From contig CAWHBU010000004.1 in assembly GCA_963827685.1 (NCBI GenBank), positions 576,001 through 640,000 of the forward strand: a stretch of 64,000 bases of DNA, in the 5' to 3' direction. Both the position numbers and the translations under genes were made by a program. The DNA is from an uncultured delta proteobacterium. Lineage in GTDB: Bacteria; Desulfobacterota; BSN033; UBA1163. The notes under the pieces are model-generated. The model did no database searches. It worked only from the letters and a program-made list of their open reading frames with translations, and was not told the DNA's origin. Shown here in pieces: positions 30,838 through 40,890 of the stretch; the stretch's first letter is position 1; each line of letters begins with the position of its first letter.

Positions 30838-31713
30838 TTACTTTTTCTTTGGGGTCCCGTCTGGGTTATACTCATACCAACCCCGGCCGGTTTTACGGCC
30901 AAGGTGGCCAGCCTTGATCTTACGCCTGAGGATCATAGGAGGGAACCAACGGGGGTCACCCGTTTCATGATACATAGACATCAAAGCGTTATAGGTGATG
31001 TCCAGACCTACCATGTCTCCCGTCTCAAAAATGCCCATCCTTCTGCCCGAGGCCAGACGAAGTCCCTTGTCGATGTCCTCTATCGTGCCAACGCCCTCTT
31101 CAACCATGCGCATGGCCTCCAAGGTCGAAGGATAATTGATGCGATTGATTAAGAAACCAGCTACGTCCCGATTGACCACGATGGGTTCCTTACCGATCTT
31201 TTGCACAAATTCCTTACCCATTGAAATGGTTTCGTCTGTGGTTGATGCTCCTTTGATCACCTCCACGGCCTCCATCATTGGTACGGGACTGAAAAAATGG
31301 AGTCCGAGAACCTTTTCCGGACGCTTGGTTACTACGGCAAGCTCGGTAATGGGAATGGCGGAGGTATTACTCGCAAGGAGTGTTTTCGCCCCACAGGCTT
31401 CGTCCAGCTTCCTGAAGACCTCCTGCTTCAGATCCAACTTCTCAAAGACAGCTTCAATGGCCAGGTCCACCTGGCCTGCGGCGGTGAAGTCAGTGCCGGT
31501 CTTGATGCGGCCCATGACGGTTTCCAGGTTCTCTTTCACCTTCCCCTTCTCAATAAATTTGCCCACTGACCAGGAGATATTCTTTAGGGCCCGGTCGAGG
31601 ATTTCCTGACCGATATCATTGATGGAAACCTGGATTCCGGACTGAGCACAGACCTGGGCAATACCGCTCCCCATCAATCCAGATCCGACAACAAATACTT
31701 TTTGGATAGCCAT
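30838..31713 (-). CDS. 3-hydroxyacyl(butyryl)-CoA dehydrogenase
   Basis: GSGLMGSGIA, EAVFE, SNTS, GLHFFSP and GRKTGRGWYEY motifs. Confidence 0.95.
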   Translation of the reverse strand: MAIQKVFVVGSGLMGSGIAQVCAQSGIQVSINDIGQEILDRALKNISWSVGKFIEKGKVKENLETVMGRIKTGTDFTAAGQVDLAIEAVFEKLDLKQEVFRKLDEACGAKTLLASNTSAIPITELAVVTKRPEKVLGLHFFSPVPMMEAVEVIKGASTTDETISMGKEFVQKIGKEPIVVNRDVAGFLINRINYPSTLEAMRMVEEGVGTIEDIDKGLRLASGRRMGIFETGDMVGLDITYNALMSMYHETGDPRWFPPMILRRKIKAGHLGRKTGRGWYEYNPDGTPKKK

Positions 31714-31920
31714 CTCTCCCTCCTTAAAAATAATTTTAAGATCAGATCTTGTGAAATTTTTTGTAACCTTTTTGTAATGATCTTGTCAATATCTATCTTT
31801 GTCGAAAGTGTTGCTTGACAAAAAGGTTTCCGTCCGTTACTTAATGAAACATTCTTTCAGTTGAATGGATGATCATGGATAGATGGGAAAGAAAAAAATG
31901 AGAAGAGAGAGGAGAGAACC

Positions 31921-33162
31921 GTGAAAAAAGCCGTTATTATCAGTGGAGCGAGGACACCTGTCGGAAGATACATGGGGGCTTTAAAAGAGATCCCTGCCTA
32001 TGACTTAGGCGCCCTTGTCTTGAATGGAGTTGTAAAGAAAGCTGGACTCGATCCAGCCCAGGTCGACGAGGTCATTTTAGGTCAGTCCTACCAGAGCGGT
32101 GAATATGTCAATATCGCCCGTATGTCACTCCTCAAGGCGGGCTGGCCCGACTCGATTCCCGGAATCACCCTGGACCGGCGCTGCTGTACCGGACTGGATG
32201 TGGTCTGTTTTGCAGCGATGAAGATCCAATCTGATAATGCGGAAATCGTGGTGGCGGGGGGTGCGGAAAGCATGAGCACCGGTGAGTTTTATGTGCCGGG
32301 GGATATCAAATGGGGAATCGGCGGCAAGAAGGGCATGCCCCGCGGACATGGAGACCTTTCTATATGGGGAATTCCTTTTTATGATCGAATCCAGCGGGCC
32401 AGGGTGATGTCCCAGCCTGAGGAGAGGTATGGGATACTGCCCTCCATGATGTCCTGGGCAGAAACAGCTGCCAAAGAAGAGGGCGTTCGACGTGAGGACT
32501 GTGACCGGTGGGCCCTGGAGAGTCATCAGAAGGCATGCGCAGCCATCGAAGCGGGAAAATTCAGGGAGGAGATTGTGCCCATCCGTGTGCCAGGGTCTAA
32601 GGGAAGTGAGACGGTCATTGACCGGGATGAAAATCCGAGAGCGGATACTGCCTTGGAACAGCTTGCCAAGCTCAAACCTGTGCTTGGAGGTGTTTGTACG
32701 GCTGGAAATTCGTCTACTGAAAACGATGGGGCTGCGGCCTGCATCATCACTTCAGAAGAGACTGCGAAGAAACTTGGAGCGAAGCCAATGGCGTATGTGA
32801 AAGCCTTTGCCGTTGCAGGTGCAGATCCTACGCGCACTTATCTCACGGTGCCGAAGGCAGTAGAGAAGGCTTTAAAGAAATCCGGTTTGGAACTTGGCCA
32901 GATCGATCTGATCGAGATCCAGGAAGCCTTTGCCGCCCAGGTTCTGGCAGATCTGAAGATGATGGGTCTCACGGAAAAAGATTATCCAAGGGTCAATGTC
33001 AATGGATCGGGTATCTCCCTTGGGCATCCCATTGCCTGTACAGGGACGAGGGTACTGGTGACACTTCTTCACGAGATGAAGCGGCGTAACAGCCGTTACG
33101 GTCTGGAATGTATCTGTGGGGGAGGCGGTTTGGGCATTGCCGCCATTTTCGAGCGGGTATAA
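31921..33162 (+). CDS. Thiolase (acetyl-CoA C-acyltransferase)
   Basis: RTP, RRCCTG (catalytic Cys), GGAESMS, NDGAA, EAFA, GHP and CGGGG motifs. Confidence 0.95.
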   Translation: MKKAVIISGARTPVGRYMGALKEIPAYDLGALVLNGVVKKAGLDPAQVDEVILGQSYQSGEYVNIARMSLLKAGWPDSIPGITLDRRCCTGLDVVCFAAMKIQSDNAEIVVAGGAESMSTGEFYVPGDIKWGIGGKKGMPRGHGDLSIWGIPFYDRIQRARVMSQPEERYGILPSMMSWAETAAKEEGVRREDCDRWALESHQKACAAIEAGKFREEIVPIRVPGSKGSETVIDRDENPRADTALEQLAKLKPVLGGVCTAGNSSTENDGAAACIITSEETAKKLGAKPMAYVKAFAVAGADPTRTYLTVPKAVEKALKKSGLELGQIDLIEIQEAFAAQVLADLKMMGLTEKDYPRVNVNGSGISLGHPIACTGTRVLVTLLHEMKRRNSRYGLECICGGGGLGIAAIFERV

Positions 33163-33205
33163 ACATTCTAATCGTTCGGGGTTTATTCGCTTTCTTCACT
33201 TTAAT

Positions 33206-33446
33206 GTTGCAAAAAAACTCCAAAACAGACCCGGTGGAAACACTTCCAAAGCCTCGTAATGCGGGTCTTGTTGAAATGAAATGGGTTACAGAGGACCTTA
33301 CCAAGAATGAAGTCCAGCAAAGTTTCTGAATGGTTGTGCTTCACGTTCAAAAGGTTCCGCTACGAGGCTTTGGGAAGTCCATCACCCTTTTGGGTGAGGA
33401 ACTTCCCGTTCCGCCCAGTGTCCCCACTGGGTCTGTTAAATGCAAC
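33206..33446. other. Multi-stem structured intergenic element (ncRNA or non-autonomous mobile element)
   Basis: Outer IR 33224-33244/33417-33437, long inner IR from 33242 to 33378, and small hairpin TCACCC-TTTT-GGGTGA. Confidence 0.6.
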
Positions 33447-33491
33447 TGTGAGGTTCACTTCAGATCATGAAATATAATTCCCCTTTACAAA

Positions 33492-33520
33492 AATCTGGGA
33501 GCTGCGCGAGCTCCCAGATT
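33492..33520. terminator. Hairpin between convergent genes
   Basis: AATCTGGGAGCT...AGCTCCCAGATT perfect stem. Confidence 0.7.
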
Positions 33521-33581
33521 CAAAGATGATATATCGCGACCCTATGTTTGCCATCAAGCCATGCCTATCGTTTGCCTTTGT

Positions 33582-35150
33582 TCATGCAGACGGTGAATCT
33601 TTCAGAAGCCGCCGTAATATCTTACCGGAGGGACTACGGGGAATCATCTCCGTAAACACCACCTTGGCCAATCGCTTGTACTTAGCCAGCCCCTGCGCCG
33701 CATAGTCGATGATCGCCTCCGGCGAAAGACCGGCCTTATCCCGGAGCACCACATAGGCCACGGGAACTTCGCCGTATTCCGGATGGGGCTCACCGATGAC
33801 CGCCGCATCCTTTATATCCGGATGGCCGACCAGTATGTGCTCGATCTCGGCGGGTGCCACCTGCAATCCCTTACATTTGATCACCTCTTTTAGGCGGTCG
33901 ACAATGAAAACATATCCTTCCTCATCCTTCCACGCCAGGTCTCCCGTCCGAAGCCATCCATTTACCACTGTTTGCGCGGTCGCCTCCGGATTGTTGTAAT
34001 ATCCCTTCATCACCTGCGGTCCCCGGACCCAGAGTTCTCCGACTTTCCGCGTCGGCAATTCAATCCCCGTTTCTGGGTCAACGATTCTATCTTCGGTTAA
34101 AGATAATGGAAGCCCGATGGATCCCAATTTGATCTTTCGAATAGGCGTGACGTGGGTGGTCGGCGAAGATTCGGTAAGGCCATACCCTACCATCACCGGG
34201 ACCCCGGTGATCTCTGTAAACCTCTGCTGCACCTCGGGGGAGAGGATCGCTCCCCCTGCATTGACGTACCGGAGACGGCTCCAGTCCATGGTCGGAACCT
34301 TTGGATGGTGGCAGAATTCCTGGATGATCAAGGGAACCGTGAAAAAGAGAGAGGGCCGATAGGTTTCGAAGAGGGAGAGAAATTGATCCACGGGCCGGAA
34401 TTGGCTGGCCACCACCTGTGTCGCGCCAGCCAGGACGGATGTTCCCATCAGGACGGTCATCCCATAAATATGAAAGAAAGGGAGCTGGTTGATCATGACA
34501 TCCGTTTCCGAAACTTCATGGACCTGAACAACCTGATAAAGATCGCTAAGGAGATTGAAGTGGGTAAGCATGACTCCTTTGGGAAGGCCGGTTGTCCCAC
34601 TCGAAAAAGGCAGAACGGCAATCGTTTCATAAGGGTTTATCCCAATAGAGCGGTCCAGGCGATCCGATCCCACCAGGAGTGACGAAAAGGGGATCGTGCC
34701 CGCAGAAGGATCTCCTTGTCCTTCCAGCACTATGAACCGTAACCCCTGAAGCTCTGAAGAAAGTTTCTCCCATTGGGCATAAAGGTTGTCTGAGGTGATC
34801 ATGCCCTTGACCTCTGTTTCTCTCAATTGGTAGAGAACCTCCCGTTCTCCATAATGGGTGCTTACTGGGACAACGATACCGCCTGCTTTCAAAATCCCAT
34901 AAAAAGAAAGAATATATCCCAGGCTGTTTTTCATCCAGAGGGCTATCCGGTCACCCGGTTTAACTCCCATGCCTGTCAGGGAGGCAGCAAGAACCGAAGA
35001 ATTTTCCTCCAACCATTGGTAGGTATATTCTTTCCCACCTGCCTCGGGTTCAATCACAGCCACCTTTTCTGGGTATTCCCGCGCCGCTTTCCGGAGAGGG
35101 AACGTCAGAGATTCCGAAGGTACCGTGATGGGAGGATGGGTCAAATTCAT
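33582..35150 (-). CDS. Acyl/aryl-CoA ligase (4-coumarate-CoA ligase-like)
   Basis: FSSGTTGLPKG, LPFFHIYG, GYGLTE, GWLRTGD and PRSPSGK motifs. Confidence 0.92.
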   Translation of the reverse strand: MNLTHPPITVPSESLTFPLRKAAREYPEKVAVIEPEAGGKEYTYQWLEENSSVLAASLTGMGVKPGDRIALWMKNSLGYILSFYGILKAGGIVVPVSTHYGEREVLYQLRETEVKGMITSDNLYAQWEKLSSELQGLRFIVLEGQGDPSAGTIPFSSLLVGSDRLDRSIGINPYETIAVLPFSSGTTGLPKGVMLTHFNLLSDLYQVVQVHEVSETDVMINQLPFFHIYGMTVLMGTSVLAGATQVVASQFRPVDQFLSLFETYRPSLFFTVPLIIQEFCHHPKVPTMDWSRLRYVNAGGAILSPEVQQRFTEITGVPVMVGYGLTESSPTTHVTPIRKIKLGSIGLPLSLTEDRIVDPETGIELPTRKVGELWVRGPQVMKGYYNNPEATAQTVVNGWLRTGDLAWKDEEGYVFIVDRLKEVIKCKGLQVAPAEIEHILVGHPDIKDAAVIGEPHPEYGEVPVAYVVLRDKAGLSPEAIIDYAAQGLAKYKRLAKVVFTEMIPRSPSGKILRRLLKDSPSA

Positions 35151-35166
35151 CTTTCTTCTCTCCTCC

Positions 35167-36138
35167 TTATTTTTTTCTCATCCACTTGCCCAGTAAGCCG
35201 ATTGGCGCCCAGACGATGACGATGGCCAACAGTAGCCCGAAAAAGAGCTTATGCCCAGTCTCGAAGAAGCTCTTAAAAATAAACTCATCCAACCCCGTAA
35301 TGACCAGTGCTCCGATGCTGGGACCGATCAACGTCCCAATGCCTCCAAAGAGCGATCCCACAATCGGCATGACCGACCAATATCCATCGAAGGCTGAATC
35401 TGGACTAAGGAAATGGACGTAGTGGGTATAGAAGGCTCCCATTAAAGCGGTACAAAACGCTGAGACAGTAAGCGCTGTGACCTTGGTTCGGAAAACCGGC
35501 ACGCCGATCCCCGCGGCGGTTTCTTCATCTCCGCGCACTGCGGACATGGCCAGTCCCGTATCCGAATGCCGAAGAACATAGATGACCAGATAGATGCCAA
35601 GCATCAGGGCAGCGGCGAAATAATAATTGGTCGTCCTCGAAATGTAGAATTCAAAAGTCATCCCACCTAATTTGATCGAGGGTAAAGGAGAAATGTTGAA
35701 AATCCCTTTGGAGCCTTCTGTCAGGCTGGTTAGATTTAAGGTCAGGAGCTTCATTACCTCAGCGAAACCGAGGATGGATAAAGCGAAATAGGGTCCACGC
35801 AATCGAAAGGCAGGAATCCCAATGATCAATGCTCCAAGCACTCCGATCATGGCGGCGCCAACCATGGCCAGGAAAGGGTTCCATCCCGCCTTCATCACCA
35901 GGAGCGCTGAAGCATAAGCGCCAATCCCGAAAAAGGCTGCGTGTCCGAAGGAAACCTGTCCGCATCCTCCTGCGAGCAAGTTCCAAGCCAAAGAAACAGA
36001 CCCGAGGATAAGGGCCGAAATAAAGATGCTCAAGTAGTAGGGATTGAAAGAAAGAATGAAGGGGAGGACTAACACCACAGCAAATGTGATGATGGCAGCC
36101 ATTTTCTCGGAGGACCGGAATGAAAGGTAGAATTTCAT
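35167..36138 (-). CDS. LIV ABC permease (LivM-like)
   Basis: GQVSFGHAAFFGIGAY and RLRGPYFAL motifs. Confidence 0.92.
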   Translation of the reverse strand: MKFYLSFRSSEKMAAIITFAVVLVLPFILSFNPYYLSIFISALILGSVSLAWNLLAGGCGQVSFGHAAFFGIGAYASALLVMKAGWNPFLAMVGAAMIGVLGALIIGIPAFRLRGPYFALSILGFAEVMKLLTLNLTSLTEGSKGIFNISPLPSIKLGGMTFEFYISRTTNYYFAAALMLGIYLVIYVLRHSDTGLAMSAVRGDEETAAGIGVPVFRTKVTALTVSAFCTALMGAFYTHYVHFLSPDSAFDGYWSVMPIVGSLFGGIGTLIGPSIGALVITGLDEFIFKSFFETGHKLFFGLLLAIVIVWAPIGLLGKWMRKK

Positions 36139-37011
36139 TTAGATCCTCTTTCCAAATAGCCCGGAAGGACGGACGAGAAGAATAAATAGGAAGAGCGCGA
36201 ATCCAAACAATTCTCTGTAGGAAGAGCTTACAAAGGTCACGGTCATGGCCTCTCCTATGCCAAGGATCATTCCGGCTGCAATCAATCCTGGAATGGAACC
36301 CACTCCGGCCAGGACTGTAAGAATAAAAGCCTTGACCGTAATGTGAATACCCGTTACTGGACTTACAAATGACAACATCCCGAGTAAAGGACCTCCCAGA
36401 CCGGCGAGCAGCCCTCCGATGCTGAAGGCGAGAAGGTCAATTCTTTCGACATTGATCCCGGCCAGCGAGGCGGCATCGCGATCGATCGCCGTGATCCTGA
36501 TGGCCTTCCCCATCCTGGTACGGCGCAGAAAGGAATGGAGAGCCAGAACTCCGGCGAAAGAAAGCGCAAAGGTCACGATTTCTCCCAGGCTGATATAAAT
36601 CCCGGCAAGCTTCAATGGGCTCTCCAGCCAGTCCACGCCGATAGTGCGGAGGTCCGCTGTCCACATCTGGAGAAAGAGGTTGGAAAGAAAGATCCCGATC
36701 CCGAAGGTCAGGATGAGGGTATTAAGTTCCGGCGTGGTACGGATCCTCTGTAAAAAAATGCGGTAACTCAGGAACGAGGCTCCGGCCGCAAACGCCGCTG
36801 CTAACGGGAGGGAGAGAAGAGGGTTCACACCCCACTTGACCAGCAGCCAATAACCGATATAGCCCCCGAGCACCACGAACTCTCCGTGGGCCATATTGAT
36901 GATCCGCATGATACCGAACACGAAAGCGAGCCCTAAGGAGTAAAGGGCATAGTTCACCCCCTCGAGCATACCGGACAGTATGGATTGAATGATGGTCGTT
37001 GTGGAGATCAA
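36139..37011 (-). CDS. LIV ABC permease (LivH-like)
   Basis: FGIMRIINMAHGE, GKAIR and RPSGLFG motifs. Confidence 0.92.
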   Translation of the reverse strand: MISTTTIIQSILSGMLEGVNYALYSLGLAFVFGIMRIINMAHGEFVVLGGYIGYWLLVKWGVNPLLSLPLAAAFAAGASFLSYRIFLQRIRTTPELNTLILTFGIGIFLSNLFLQMWTADLRTIGVDWLESPLKLAGIYISLGEIVTFALSFAGVLALHSFLRRTRMGKAIRITAIDRDAASLAGINVERIDLLAFSIGGLLAGLGGPLLGMLSFVSPVTGIHITVKAFILTVLAGVGSIPGLIAAGMILGIGEAMTVTFVSSSYRELFGFALFLFILLVRPSGLFGKRI

Positions 37012-37053
37012 CGCTCGCGACCTATTCGCCTTTAGCCTTTTTCCCTACCGGCG

Positions 37054-38247
37054 CTATTTTCTGCCCCAGGGTACGGCAGGGTACTGGATCGTCCCTATGG
37101 CCCGATCTTTGGGATATACAACGACCTGGTCCCCTTTTATTGTCTGGAACAAGATCGCTGTAAAATACTTAGGATCCCCTTTCTCGTCGAAGGCCACGCG
37201 CCCTAAAGGCCCGATGGTATCCATCGCTCGAAGGGCATTCCTGGTTTTTTCTGAAGTGTAACTTCCCGATTTGCCCCCACCCTGGACAACGGCCTCGAGC
37301 ATGTATTTCGTCGAAAGGTAGCCGAGCATGGCGATATAAGAAGGCTCTTCCTTGTATTTAGCCTTATAGACACTCACAAACTCTGCCTCCTCCGCCTTTG
37401 CCTGTTTTGGGGCTGTCCCCATTTCCCAGATCGATGTGCCATAGATGTAGTCACTCATGGCTCCCAACTCCCGGACAAATTCCGGGGTGCCGATGCCCCA
37501 TGCACCCATATAGGCCTTCACCGGAAGATTTAGGATCTTTGCGTCTTTGATCGTGCCTACGTAGTCGGTGTAGTATCCTTCCACCACAAGGACTTCACAA
37601 CCGGCATCCTTGACCTTCAGCAAGATCGGCTTGTAATTGGTCGTCCCCTTTTCAAACTTCTCAAAGACCGGAACCCCAACACCTGCTTTCACCAATTGCT
37701 CCTTTACAATCTCGGCAATCTCAGTGGTAGCAGACAGGCTGTTATAAAGGATTCCGACCTTCTTGGCTCCCATGAGTTCTTTGATGGCTCCTGACTGGGC
37801 GGGTGCGTATCCCGGCATATAATTGAGGCGAAAGAAGTTCTTGAATTTTTTCGCTGACAGCTTGGTGTCGACCGCACCCGTGGTCATATAAGGTGTATCG
37901 TACCGCTCCGCCGCTTCCGAAGCCGGCCCCACCAGGTTGGACCCGTATCCTCCGACGATGGCGTTCACTTTGTCCATGCCCGCCAGCTTTTCTACTGCTG
38001 ATACTGCCTTCTGAGGATCGCTCTCGTCATCATAGACATGTAAATCGACTTTGGTCTTAGACTTCTTTTCAAACTCCTCTACTCCCACCCGGATCCCTTT
38101 GATCTGTTCTATTCCATGCTTGGCCAGGCTTCCCGTCTGTGGGGCATGGGCACCCAATTTGATGTCGGGTGCGGCCCAGCCGGTTCCCAGCCAAAATCCA
38201 ATGACCAAACCTACACACCAAACCTTGCTCATCATCCATCGTTTCAT
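37054..38247 (-). CDS. LIV-family substrate-binding protein
   Basis: Signal peptide, YDDESDP and GGYGS motifs. Confidence 0.9.
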   Translation of the reverse strand: MKRWMMSKVWCVGLVIGFWLGTGWAAPDIKLGAHAPQTGSLAKHGIEQIKGIRVGVEEFEKKSKTKVDLHVYDDESDPQKAVSAVEKLAGMDKVNAIVGGYGSNLVGPASEAAERYDTPYMTTGAVDTKLSAKKFKNFFRLNYMPGYAPAQSGAIKELMGAKKVGILYNSLSATTEIAEIVKEQLVKAGVGVPVFEKFEKGTTNYKPILLKVKDAGCEVLVVEGYYTDYVGTIKDAKILNLPVKAYMGAWGIGTPEFVRELGAMSDYIYGTSIWEMGTAPKQAKAEEAEFVSVYKAKYKEEPSYIAMLGYLSTKYMLEAVVQGGGKSGSYTSEKTRNALRAMDTIGPLGRVAFDEKGDPKYFTAILFQTIKGDQVVVYPKDRAIGTIQYPAVPWGRK

Positions 38248-38295
38248 TTTTTTCCTCCTTTCTCATTTGATAAGCTTGCAGTTTCCATCCCCGTC

Positions 38296-39000
38296 CTAAA
38301 GGCCAAGATAGGCATGCTTGATGTGGGGTGTCTCTCGAAGAAAAGACGCCTCCCCCTCCAGTACAATCGCCCCCCTTTCCAGCACATACCCGTAATGGGC
38401 TGCCGAAAGGGCTACTTGAGTATTCTGCTCCACCAGCAAAATGGTGGTTCCAGACACGACAATTTTTTTGATCGCCTCGAACATTTCACGAACGATCAGT
38501 GGAGCGAGGCCCAGTGAAGGCTCATCCATCAGCAACAATTTTGGCAAAGCCATTAATCCGCGGCCAATGGCGACCATCTGCTGCTCTCCTCCTGAAAGAG
38601 TTCCGCAGAGCTGATCCTTGCGGTCAGCAAGGTGGGGGAATAATGAAAAGACCCAGACCAACCGTTTTTCAACCGTTGCCCTTTCAGAAACCCTGTAGGC
38701 CCCCATTTCTAAGTTTTCTTGGACAGAAAGCGGCGGCCATAGGCGCCGGCCTTCCGGGATCATGGTCATCCCCAGACCCACTATCTGATGTGATTTCTTC
38801 CTTTGGATTTCCTCGCCCAGGAGCCATATCTTACCGGATGAAGAAGGAATGAGGCCGGTGATCGAACGGAGCAGGGTCGTTTTCCCCGCACCATTCGGAC
38901 CCAAGATGCAGGTCATGTCCCCTTGACGGGTTAAGAAAGAAATATTTTCAAGGACGTGAACATCTCCATATCCAGCCGAGAGGCCCTCCACCTTAAGCAT
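38296..39000 (-). CDS. LIV ABC ATPase (LivF-like)
   Basis: GPNGAGKTT, LSGGEQQM and DEPSLGLAP motifs. Confidence 0.93.
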   Translation of the reverse strand: MLKVEGLSAGYGDVHVLENISFLTRQGDMTCILGPNGAGKTTLLRSITGLIPSSSGKIWLLGEEIQRKKSHQIVGLGMTMIPEGRRLWPPLSVQENLEMGAYRVSERATVEKRLVWVFSLFPHLADRKDQLCGTLSGGEQQMVAIGRGLMALPKLLLMDEPSLGLAPLIVREMFEAIKKIVVSGTTILLVEQNTQVALSAAHYGYVLERGAIVLEGEASFLRETPHIKHAYLGL

Positions 39001-39784
39001 CTTCTCTCTCCCCCAAGTAGGCGCGGATCACCTCCGGGTTTTCCACCGCCGCTTCCGGAGTACCATCAAAGATGAGTTGCCCGAAATTGAGCACCAGGAT
39101 TCGACGACAAATTCCCATAATGGCCCGGAGATTATGCTCCACCATGAGAATACTGATCTTTCCTTCTGTATTGAGGGAGCGAATAAACGGAATGGCCTCC
39201 TCAACTTCTCGAGGGTTCAACCCTGCAAGAACTTCGTCGAGGAGAAGGATTTTGGGATGGGTGGCCAGGGCTCGGGCGACTTCCAACCGCTTGCGCTCCG
39301 GCAGGCTGAGCGAATGGGAAATGTGATGAGCGAGAGGGGAGATTCCGGTACTTTCGAGGATCTCATCTACCTCACGATTCGTTTCTGCACCAGAACGCCG
39401 GTTGGGTTTTCCGAAAACAGCGGCTGCTTTGACGTTTTCAAAAGCCGTCATTTCCAGGAAGGGACGGACCACCTGGAACGTGCGGGCTACCCCGAGATGG
39501 CACAACTTGTCCGGCCGCATTCCAGTAATCGGCGTTTCAATGAATGTTATTTCTCCGTAAGAAGGGGGGAGAAAACCACTGAGAAGCGCAAAGAGGGTTG
39601 TCTTCCCCGCACCGTTCGGTCCAATCACCCCGACAATCTCTCCCGGCATAATATCAAACGACACCCTGGCTAGAGCCTGCAACCCCCCGAAGTTTCGGGA
39701 AAGATTCTTTACTCGAAGCAGAGGTGGCTTGAGGGGAGTAGAGTCTGACCGTACGCCGAACTCAGGACCTTTAGACCCGATCAT
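38993..39784 (-). CDS. LIV ABC ATPase (LivG-like)
   Basis: GPNGAGKTT, RTFQ, LLDE and AYLG motifs. Confidence 0.93.
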   Translation of the reverse strand: MIGSKGPEFGVRSDSTPLKPPLLRVKNLSRNFGGLQALARVSFDIMPGEIVGVIGPNGAGKTTLFALLSGFLPPSYGEITFIETPITGMRPDKLCHLGVARTFQVVRPFLEMTAFENVKAAAVFGKPNRRSGAETNREVDEILESTGISPLAHHISHSLSLPERKRLEVARALATHPKILLLDEVLAGLNPREVEEAIPFIRSLNTEGKISILMVEHNLRAIMGICRRILVLNFGQLIFDGTPEAAVENPEVIRAYLGEREDA

Positions 39785-39983
39785 CGCATCATTTCCTTAT
39801 AGTAAATTCTACCCGTGATGGGATTCTTTATATATAGATACAATTTTCCATACAGCATCCACCTTCGGCAGGTCAAAGGTTGTCGACACCAGACACTATG
39901 TTATTCTATCTGGATAATTACTTGCACTGCGGACTAATATATAGGTGGCACTATTCATCTTCACACTATTAAAGAATTTTAGC

Positions 39984-40763
39984 TCAAAAATTTGGGTATG
40001 GGCCTTGGTATCCCAAAATACGGGAAATCGATTTCCCTTTTTCCGTCAATTTCAGTATAATTTTTTTTTGGGTCTGCCTGTCATTATTCTTAACTTCCGA
40101 CGAGACATTAATCGCTGCAATGATGTTCCTCTGGTCGTTCATCAAAGGGACACCGATGGAATAAAGATCCATAGAAAGCTCTCGGTCGCAGATGCTATAT
40201 CCCCTTTTTCTCGTTTTTATGATTTCTTTCCAGAGATTCTCCTTTGAGTTAATTGTTTTAGAAGTAATCTGATGGAGTTCCATTTCATCAATCCGTTTTC
40301 TAAGTTCTTCATCGGTTAGACCCGCTAACAATATTTTCCCTGAAGCAGTGCAGTGAGGCGGGAGTTTAGAGCCGGCATGAAGGTCGTAATTTAGAAATCT
40401 TTTCACCTCTTTTCTGTACAAAAAAAGAATTTCATGTTTATCAAGGACGGCTAAGTTAACAGTCTTATTAAGTTCGGATGAAAGTTCATCAACGTAGGGT
40501 TTAACCAACATTCTAAGGTTGGAGCTATTGAGAAAATTAAATCCCAAAGAGAGGACCTTGGCATCCAAAGAGTATCTTTTGCTTCCGTTACAGTTCAGAT
40601 AGCCGAGAGAATATAGGGTATGGAGGAAACGCTGGGTAGCCGTCTTATTTAGCTTACTGAGGGTTGCGATCTCAGTCAGGGTGAGAGGTCCAGATGATTC
40701 TCCAAAGATTTCTAAAATTCTCAAACCGCGTTCCAATGATTTAATGAAATTACTGTCACGCAT
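39984..40763 (-). CDS. IclR-family regulator (PcaR/PobR-like)
   Basis: SLERGLRIL HTH, PHCTASGK and RKRGYS motifs. Confidence 0.92.
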   Translation of the reverse strand: MRDSNFIKSLERGLRILEIFGESSGPLTLTEIATLSKLNKTATQRFLHTLYSLGYLNCNGSKRYSLDAKVLSLGFNFLNSSNLRMLVKPYVDELSSELNKTVNLAVLDKHEILFLYRKEVKRFLNYDLHAGSKLPPHCTASGKILLAGLTDEELRKRIDEMELHQITSKTINSKENLWKEIIKTRKRGYSICDRELSMDLYSIGVPLMNDQRNIIAAINVSSEVKNNDRQTQKKIILKLTEKGKSISRILGYQGPYPNF

Positions 40764-40890
40764 TGCGGAACCGTTTTTCCGTATATTGTGATTCTAATAC
40801 ATCAGCTGTTTTGCTTTTGTCAAGCAGATTTTTATTCTGACTGGCGCTCAAGGGCACTTGACGAATTCTCATTCATTGAGGAAGATTTCT

